Shown here: positions 7,704-13,276 of the stretch, piece after piece | How the letters are laid out: each line of letters opens with the position of its first letter | How positions within the stretch are numbered: position 1 is the first letter of the stretch | Source of the DNA: Silvanigrellaceae bacterium | GTDB taxonomy: Bacteria > Bdellovibrionota_B > Oligoflexia > Silvanigrellales > Silvanigrellaceae | Direction of reading: 5' to 3' | Length of the DNA: 13,276 bases | Assembly: GCA_049423385.1 (NCBI GenBank) | Contig: JBMSQQ010000093.1 | Location: 1-13,276, forward strand | The notes under the pieces: model-generated | Databases searched by the model: none | What the model saw: the letters and a program-made list of their open reading frames with translations, nothing else | Told to the model about the DNA's origin: nothing | Program-made: the position numbers and the translations under genes

Positions 7704-8521
7704 CTGCGAAACTCCGACTCCAATTCCTCAAACGATGCAATCTCAAACAGAGTATCTTGCATGTGATGAATATCAAAGACCCTCTGGGAGACAACCTCCG
7801 GTATGAACGGTTCCTTTTTGACAACCGAACTCAAGCTGTGCGGAATTTCGCCCACAGAGGAGACAATCCCGGCGCCGTAGATTTGGGTATCGTCTACCCG
7901 ACGTTGTCCAGGTTTGTGTGCATTCGGATTCATCAATCCAAATTCAACCGTGAACCAGTAAATTCTCCCAAGCCACGCCACTTCCTCTTCCGACTTTGCA
8001 ACACTGCCCGCCATTCCGTAGGCATGAAAGAACGATGCAAAACGAGGATTGGTGATAAGCGGCAAATGACCCATCAGGTCGTGAAACATGTCTGGAGCCG
8101 GAGTGTACTCAAGCTCTGTCGGGTGACGAATGAAGTCGGTGCAGGGAAAGCACTTGTTGGCGAGCAGCTTAAAAAAAATGTCTTCCGGGACATATCCCTC
8201 GACGCGAATCACTTGCCATCCGGTTGCTTCCATCAATCGCTGGCTGAGATCCGCCAGATTGGGTACGCGGTCGGATGGATATTTCATCCAGTCTCTTCCG
8301 ACCATGTATTCAGCGCAAACATTCCCCTCGAGCACCAAACTCTGACGTCGGTAAAGCTCAGACCATGTTTTATGCTGCTCATCTGCGTACACAGGAGGTT
8401 TGATGGCACGTCCGATGGTTGCTTCAGGAGAGGGACTGGGCGAAATTGGATCAGATGGTCGTGCCTTGAACGCGACTTCAGTCGACAACTTTCCCGCAGG
8501 AATTTGAGGAATCTTCACCAT
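7673..8521 (-). CDS. phhA: Phenylalanine 4-monooxygenase (pterin-dependent aromatic amino acid hydroxylase)
   Basis: FIRHPTELEYTPAPDMFHDLMGHLP (Fe-binding His at 8081-8083 and 8066-8068), IYWFTVEFGL (Fe-binding Glu at 7943-7945), YGAGIVSSVGE and FDIHHMQDTLF. ATG 8521 has GGAGG 7 nt upstream; ATG 8542 (SD GGGAGA) is an alternative start. Confidence 0.9.
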   Translation of the reverse strand: MVKIPQIPAGKLSTEVAFKARPSDPISPSPSPEATIGRAIKPPVYADEQHKTWSELYRRQSLVLEGNVCAEYMVGRDWMKYPSDRVPNLADLSQRLMEATGWQVIRVEGYVPEDIFFKLLANKCFPCTDFIRHPTELEYTPAPDMFHDLMGHLPLITNPRFASFFHAYGMAGSVAKSEEEVAWLGRIYWFTVEFGLMNPNAHKPGQRRVDDTQIYGAGIVSSVGEIPHSLSSVVKKEPFIPEVVSQRVFDIHHMQDTLFEIASFEELESEFRRWASDKGLLV

Positions 8522-8638
8522 CAACAGACCTCCGGACAGCATTTCGAATCTCCCTGCAGCAGTTCCTGCCCAAGCGAAAGACTTCTCGAGGTGTCCGACA
8601 ACCACATGCAATCTCATCGGTCGCTTCGAAAAATTCCT

Positions 8639-9604
8639 CTAGCGCCTTAAAAGAACCAATGATTCATTGACCTTATAAAAAGAGTCAGAACCTTCATAAC
8701 AGAGTGACGGGCTCTGCGCAAAACCGACCGGCCGAATCTCGTATCGTTGCCCGTATTTTTCTTCGATCTCTCGTGCGAAGGTGTCTCCCTGCCGATGGCC
8801 CGTGCGATCGTTTCTCAGCACCAGTACCGCTCGGGGTGCCAGACGCTCAACAAATCCCCAAAAGTCATCCCAAAAATGCTTCAAGATACGCTGTTGACCC
8901 CGCCCCACCCCAAAGGCCGGCGGATCGCAAACCCAAACGTCTGGACACTGGACTTTTCCCTCATTCACGCGCCTCTCAAGACGCTGCATATACTTTTGGA
9001 CCATTTCGGGCACCACCGCAAAATCGACCCCATTCAGGGTCGCATTGCGTTTACCCCAGGTCAGCATTTCAGGACTTGCATCAACATTGGTTGCGGCGCG
9101 AACACCCGAACGACAAGCGACCACAGAGAAACCACAAGTGTAAGAAAAAAGATTCAGCAGATGCGACTCGGGCCGGACTATTCGACGCAGTTCAAGGCGG
9201 GTCGGCCGGGCATCCGGAAAAAGTCCGAAGTCATTTTTATCATCCGCCCTCACTTCAAATACGCAGTCATCTTCACGGGCCGTCCAACTTTGTCCGAGGA
9301 TCTTGTCCGGATCGAGATAGTCGAATCCACCAGCTGCACTGCGCACCTTGCCAAGCACAACTCGGCCACCTGCCAGACAGGCCTTTACGTCCAACAAAAG
9401 CTCGGACGCACGCTCGGCAAGAGCAGGATTGTAAATAGTCACAACAACCAACGGACCAAATGAATCGACAAGCACGCCTTCAAGACCATCCGACTTGCCA
9501 GAGAAATACCGGCCAATCTCATCGTGCGCAGAAAGTCGCACTTCTTGTTCCTGGCGCCACTCGACGGCCCGAAGAAAAAGGTTTTTCCAAAGATTCGAAT
9601 TCAC
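8639..9604 (-). CDS. Class I SAM-dependent rRNA methyltransferase, RlmI/RlmK-like, without a PUA domain
   Basis: SDGLEGVLVDSFG, FGLFPDAR, motif I LLNLFSYTCGFSV, VDAS...WGKRNATLNG and motif IV DPPAF. The GTG start overlaps the comF stop (GTGA). Confidence 0.82.
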   Translation of the reverse strand: MNSNLWKNLFLRAVEWRQEQEVRLSAHDEIGRYFSGKSDGLEGVLVDSFGPLVVVTIYNPALAERASELLLDVKACLAGGRVVLGKVRSAAGGFDYLDPDKILGQSWTAREDDCVFEVRADDKNDFGLFPDARPTRLELRRIVRPESHLLNLFSYTCGFSVVACRSGVRAATNVDASPEMLTWGKRNATLNGVDFAVVPEMVQKYMQRLERRVNEGKVQCPDVWVCDPPAFGVGRGQQRILKHFWDDFWGFVERLAPRAVLVLRNDRTGHRQGDTFAREIEEKYGQRYEIRPVGFAQSPSLCYEGSDSFYKVNESLVLLRR

Positions 9605-10452
9605 GACGGCACGCCTTTCACCCTCGTAGACACGGGAGTCCTGAACAATGTGAGTATGTGGGCATTCAAGCTTGGCGGCAAGTCGCTGATATCCGACCCC
9701 AACGAGCGTCGAGGCAAAGGAAGAATTTTTTCAAGATTGGCCGAAACAAACTCGAACTCACTCAAAAGAGTTCCACCGCTCGTAAGAACGTCATCCAAAA
9801 ACAACACTGAAATCGATTTCCGGTTTGCGTCCTTCGAATGGGAAATTGCTGAATCCCGGATTGTTGCCTGCTCATGGAAGGTTTCGCGCAGCAATCTCTC
9901 GTCTCTTCGTTGACGTGAATCCTTCAGGGCGCGCCTCCTCGAGATGAGGGGAAAACGGTGATAAATTTGTACACCGCTCAGCAACACATCATCACTGATT
10001 ATTTTTTCAAGAACGTGGCGCCAAAAATCATTGGGGTGCCACTCAATGTTTGCCACCCGACGAATACTCATTGACGGCATTACCACAAGGTCGATGGCAT
10101 TTTGCGACAGTGTTTTCTTCAGTCGAGCTTCCACGGAAAAGCCGTAGACATCGTGAAAGGCTGCAATCGCCAAAGCATCTTGACGATCCTTGGCCCTCAA
10201 CAGAATCGACCGGTGATGCCCAGAATACTCAAAAAGTGAACTGACTGAATCGAACATGGACAGCTCATTGCAGCTTCCACCACATCCCGACACTCCACAG
10301 CGAGTGCATGCGAGCCATCGACAAGAAGCAAATAATTTCAGGCACACAAGACATAATCTGCAGCCCGAGGTTGATCCTCGCTGGCACAATTCACATGCGA
10401 CGAAGCGTTCCGCCCGACTTCTGTGCCACGGAAGCAGCCAGCGGCGATGCAC
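9601..10452 (-). CDS. comF: ComF-family protein (zinc ribbon plus phosphoribosyltransferase domain); start uncertain
   Basis: CELC..LCLVC..CTRCG..C cysteine cluster, LFEYSG, LVVMP and the PRPP-binding motif VLFLDDVLTSGGTL. Candidate starts GTG 10452, GTG 10491 and ATG 10533 all lie inside rlmH. Confidence 0.75.
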   Translation of the reverse strand: MHRRWLLPWHRSRAERFVACELCQRGSTSGCRLCLVCLKLFASCRWLACTRCGVSGCGGSCNELSMFDSVSSLFEYSGHHRSILLRAKDRQDALAIAAFHDVYGFSVEARLKKTLSQNAIDLVVMPSMSIRRVANIEWHPNDFWRHVLEKIISDDVLLSGVQIYHRFPLISRRRALKDSRQRRDERLLRETFHEQATIRDSAISHSKDANRKSISVLFLDDVLTSGGTLLSEFEFVSANLEKILPLPRRSLGSDISDLPPSLNAHILTLFRTPVSTRVKGVPS

Positions 10453-10918
10453 CGCCGTGATGGTAGGGATGATTCGCTCGGATTGTTTCACTGCGGTACA
10501 CCTGCTCAAGCAACACCACCAAAGACAACTCATGTGCCATTGTCGCCTGAGAGAGCGACATCAAGCGGGAATTTTGAGCAAAGATTTGCAGAGCCGATGG
10601 CAACCCATAGGCACCACCAAACACAAAAGCCACATTCCGAAATCCACGATCACGGGCATTTGAAAGGTCTGCGGCAAACCGCTCGCTCGACACATTCTGA
10701 CCACGTTCATCGAGAAAGATCAGCAGACCCCGATCGTTGATCACCTTTTCACATTCATTGACCAAAAATTGTTCGACAGCTTTTTCATTATCGAGACTGC
10801 GGCCAGGAGCGATGATTTGCGCGGGACCAATTTTGCGGAGCCGCTGTAAAAGTTCATCGGACCAGTCTTTGGCTGGTCCGACCGACAACTTCCACGGTGT
10901 GATGAACGAGTACTGCAT
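10391..10918 (-). CDS. rlmH: 23S rRNA pseudouridine-1915 N3-methyltransferase RlmH
   Basis: LIFLDERGQNVSSERFA, FVFGGAYGL, MSLSQATMAHEL, LLEQVYRS and HPYH. The rsfS-rlmH gene order is conserved. Confidence 0.92.
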   Translation of the reverse strand: MQYSFITPWKLSVGPAKDWSDELLQRLRKIGPAQIIAPGRSLDNEKAVEQFLVNECEKVINDRGLLIFLDERGQNVSSERFAADLSNARDRGFRNVAFVFGGAYGLPSALQIFAQNSRLMSLSQATMAHELSLVVLLEQVYRSETIRANHPYHHGGASPLAASVAQKSGGTLRRM

Positions 10919-10939
10919 GCGAAAAGACTCTGCAGTGCC

Positions 10940-11428
10940 TCAGAGCGAGGCGCTGTCCAGATCTTCAGAGCCTGCCGAGGCCTGCTTGGGCAACGCCGCC
11001 TTGATTTCAACCAGAAGCTCCGAAAGTTCTTTTTCATCAGGAGTCATATAACGACCCTTGCTCCAGAGCTTTTCAAGCGAATAAAGTTCGCGCGTTGGTT
11101 CCTGAAAAACGTGGACAAAAAGAAATCCGTAATCGAGCAAAATCCAGGTACGCTGCTCGCGACCATCCACTGCAACCGGCATCAAGCCGAGTTCATCGCG
11201 AAAGAACAAACGGATGTCTTCAGCCACAGCAGCAACCTGACGGCCATTCGTCGCACTCAAAATGGCGAAATATTCCGTGAAGGCTCCCTGGTTTCGCAGG
11301 TCGATCGCGAGCGGCCGCGTTGCCTTTTTCTCAAGACCAATTGCCAATGCCAGCTTCACAAGTTCTTCACGCTCGATAATACGATCACCAGCGCGAATGA
11401 TTTGTTGTTCGTCTGTCTTCTTTGCCAT
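10940..11428 (-). CDS. rsfS: Ribosome silencing factor RsfS (YbeB/Iojap)
   Basis: EKKA..IDLR, FAILSATNGRQVAAVAE and WILLDYGFLFVHVF..RELYSLEKLW. SD AGGAGG lies in the end of obgE. Confidence 0.93.
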   Translation of the reverse strand: MAKKTDEQQIIRAGDRIIEREELVKLALAIGLEKKATRPLAIDLRNQGAFTEYFAILSATNGRQVAAVAEDIRLFFRDELGLMPVAVDGREQRTWILLDYGFLFVHVFQEPTRELYSLEKLWSKGRYMTPDEKELSELLVEIKAALPKQASAGSEDLDSASL

Positions 11429-11429
11429 C

Positions 11430-12467
11430 TCAGTGGCCCTCCTTCAGTGTGTCCAGCAATTCGACCACCTTGTCCAACATGTTCGAAATTCCAAGTCTGC
11501 GTGCCGAACTCAATTCCATGAAGTCGACGTTTTTCGATTTCAAATAAGCTCTGAATTCCCTGATGGCGTCTTCATTCAGGTATGCATCTTCACCCTCAGG
11601 AAGAACCAAATCCAACTTCGTCAATGCCGTGAGGCGCGGACGCTTCAACAATTCAGGATCATACAAATGAAGTTCAGTCAGGATTCCTTCATAATCAGAA
11701 ATCATCGCTTCAGAGGTTTCCTGGCTGGCATCAACAAGATGAATCAACACACGTGTGCGTTCGATATGACGCAAAAATTCGTGGCCCAGCCCTTTGCCTT
11801 CGCTTGCACCGGCAATCAGTCCAGGAACATCTGCAACCACAAAAGGGTCTGCGTCCTTGTGGCTCACAACACCCAGGTTTGGCACGAGAGTGGTGAAGGG
11901 ATAATCCGCAACCTTCGGACGCGCTGCAGAAATCACCGTGATAAGTGTGCTCTTGCCTGCGTTCGGAGCACCAATAATTCCAACATCAGCGAGCATTTTG
12001 AGCTCAAGCCGTATTCTTTTGCGCTCGCCCATTTCGGGCGGAATTGTTTTTGTGGGAGCTTGGTTGCTTGAGGAAACAAACACATGGTTTCCAACGCCGC
12101 CCTTTCCTCCGCTCGCAACAACCAATTGCTGATCGTGCTTGATGACCTCACCGATCATCTCACCGGAATCGGAGTCGTAAACAACGGTTCCACAGGGAAC
12201 CCTGAGAACCAAATCTTCACCAACTTTACCTTGGCGATTGTTGGTTCCACCCTTGCCGCCCGCTTCGGCTTCATGAATTCGATTGAAGCGAAAGTCGAGC
12301 AACGTGTGCAGTCCTTCATCGCCTTCGAAAATGATGTTTCCACCGCGGCCGCCGTTGCCGCCATCGGGCCCGCCAAAAGCGACGTTTGCCTCGCGACGAA
12401 AGTGCGACATGCCTGTACCGCCGTCGCCGGCTTTCACTTGAATCTCAGCTGTATCAATAAATTTCAT
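11430..12467 (-). CDS. obgE: GTPase ObgE/CgtA
   Basis: MKFID..KAGDGG, GGPDGGNGGRGG, G1 GAPNAGKST, G2 DYPFTT, G3 DVPG, GLGHEFLRHIER, G4 TKLD and G5 SSA. Confidence 0.97.
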   Translation of the reverse strand: MKFIDTAEIQVKAGDGGTGMSHFRREANVAFGGPDGGNGGRGGNIIFEGDEGLHTLLDFRFNRIHEAEAGGKGGTNNRQGKVGEDLVLRVPCGTVVYDSDSGEMIGEVIKHDQQLVVASGGKGGVGNHVFVSSSNQAPTKTIPPEMGERKRIRLELKMLADVGIIGAPNAGKSTLITVISAARPKVADYPFTTLVPNLGVVSHKDADPFVVADVPGLIAGASEGKGLGHEFLRHIERTRVLIHLVDASQETSEAMISDYEGILTELHLYDPELLKRPRLTALTKLDLVLPEGEDAYLNEDAIREFRAYLKSKNVDFMELSSARRLGISNMLDKVVELLDTLKEGH

Positions 12468-12511
12468 TCAGAACGCACTCCACACCACCCACACGGGTGG
12501 CAGACTTTGGC

Positions 12512-12541
12512 GACGCTAGCAAAAGGAAATCAGGTGGGAAA
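12512..12541 (-). promoter_or_regulatory. Possible internal promoter for the obgE run
   Basis: Minus strand TTCCCA, 16 nt, TAGCGT, with an extended -10 TGn, just downstream of the rpmA terminator. Consensus resemblance only. Confidence 0.3.
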
Positions 12542-12568
12542 TAAGAATCTTTTGAATCTCTTCACAAT

Positions 12569-12608
12569 AAAAAAACAGACCAGGCATCGGCGGCCGACAC
12601 CTGGTCTG
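12569..12608 (-). terminator. Rho-independent terminator after rplU-rpmA
   Basis: Minus-strand RNA CAGACCAGG-UG-UCGG-CCG-CCGA-UG-CCUGGUCUG forms a 15-bp stem with two G-U pairs, followed by U7. It begins about 20 nt after the rpmA stop. Confidence 0.9.
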
Positions 12609-12627
12609 ATTTCAATCAGGCAAGCGA

Positions 12628-12894
12628 TTAAGCTTCTGTGCCTGCTGGATAAACGCTGACGCGTTGACGAGTGCGGGTCACGTATTCAAACTTCACAACG
12701 CCATCAACCTTGCTGAAGAGCGTGAAGTCGCGGCCCATGCCAACGTTGTTGCCAGGATGAATCTTTGTTCCAACCTGACGGATGATGATGTTTCCTGCGC
12801 GGACAGTTTCGCCGCCAAAGGTTTTCACACCGCGATATTTAGGGTTGCTGTCTCGACCGTTTTTGGTACTACCACCGGCTTTTTTGGTTGCCAT
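12628..12894 (-). CDS. rpmA: 50S ribosomal protein bL27
   Basis: [32 protein letters not shown] and [23 protein letters not shown]. Confidence 0.98.
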   Translation of the reverse strand: MATKKAGGSTKNGRDSNPKYRGVKTFGGETVRAGNIIIRQVGTKIHPGNNVGMGRDFTLFSKVDGVVKFEYVTRTRQRVSVYPAGTEA

Positions 12895-12938
12895 TGCAAA
12901 TTCCTCGACTGTGTTGAGAGATCACCGAACGCGCCAGA

Positions 12939-13259
12939 TTAGCCTTCAATCTTCTCGATTGTCAGCATCGTGTAAGGCTGGCGATGTCCTTGTGTCTTCT
13001 TCAGATGGTTTTTGTTGAGATACTTGAACACCAGAACCTTGTCGGCGCGGGTGTGGGCCAAAACAGTTGCGGTGACTTTTGCACCAGCAACGGTAGGAGC
13101 GCCAACTTTGCAGGTTCCACCGTTGTTCAGCATGTAGACGTCAGAGAAAGAAACCTTTGCGCCGACATCGCTTGCAAAATAGTTGGCTTGGATTTTGTCG
13201 CCTTCTTTAACTTTGAACTGACGACCGAAAACATTGACGATAGCGTACTTGGTACTCAC
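12939..13259 (-). CDS. rplU: 50S ribosomal protein bL21
   Basis: [35 protein letters not shown] and GHRQPYT. GTG start with AAGGA upstream. Adjacent to rpmA. Confidence 0.96.
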   Translation of the reverse strand: MSTKYAIVNVFGRQFKVKEGDKIQANYFASDVGAKVSFSDVYMLNNGGTCKVGAPTVAGAKVTATVLAHTRADKVLVFKYLNKNHLKKTQGHRQPYTMLTIEKIEG

Positions 13260-13276
13260 AGGCGTATTCCTTTGCA

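Noticed and set aside
8171..8178. A8 homopolymer in phhA as a phase-variation or frameshift site
   Set aside because: The frame is intact, the run simply encodes Ile-Phe-Phe, and similar runs occur elsewhere in the window.
4252..8521. Functional link between PhhA (Phe to Tyr) and ClpS N-degron recognition
   Set aside because: Only proximity supports it. PhhA acts on free amino acid, and no aat gene is present in the window.
7658..8650. 330-aa plus-strand ORF antisense to phhA
   Set aside because: It almost exactly shadows a well-supported gene and has no recognisable motifs or clear SD.
11600..11630. ObgE G4 motif TKLD instead of NKxD
   Set aside because: TKxD is a known functional G4 variant and all other G motifs are intact.
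12895..12938. Possible prp/ysxB gene between rplU and rpmA
   Set aside because: The gap is only 44 bp and bL27 has no N-terminal cleavable extension.
8704..12942. Plus-strand ORFs opposite the methyltransferase, comF, rlmH, rsfS, obgE and rpmA
   Set aside because: Antisense shadows with no independent support.
1..13276. CRISPR arrays, IS elements, integrases, tRNA/rRNA or defence systems
   Set aside because: I found no regularly spaced repeats, terminal inverted repeats or matching protein motifs, and no intergenic gap exceeds about 160 bp.

Overview
This is a gene-dense bacterial chromosomal window with no mobile element, CRISPR array, tRNA or rRNA that I can support. On the minus strand, reading right to left, it carries rplU-rpmA, a strong intrinsic terminator, and a tightly packed run of obgE, rsfS, rlmH, comF, an RlmI/RlmK-family methyltransferase, phenylalanine 4-hydroxylase (phhA) and an unannotated secreted protein that looks like a beta-barrel. 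A second minus-strand run holds an RlpA-type lytic transglycosylase, clpS, clpA and greB. The plus strand carries a 5'-truncated aldo/keto reductase, a TerC-family membrane protein and a probable lipoprotein with a divergent papain-like (C1) Gln/Cys/His/Asn active site. Most of the window is housekeeping. The least explained part is about 4626-8640: the RlpA, protease and beta-barrel envelope genes, a PhhA with a tryptophan-hydroxylase-like Tyr and no pterin-recycling neighbour, and a long hairpin covering the phhA ribosome-binding sites. Gene content suggests a diderm, possibly Bdellovibrionota/Oligoflexia- or deltaproteobacteria-like, but that is only an inference. All calls come from recognising motifs by eye; no searches were run.
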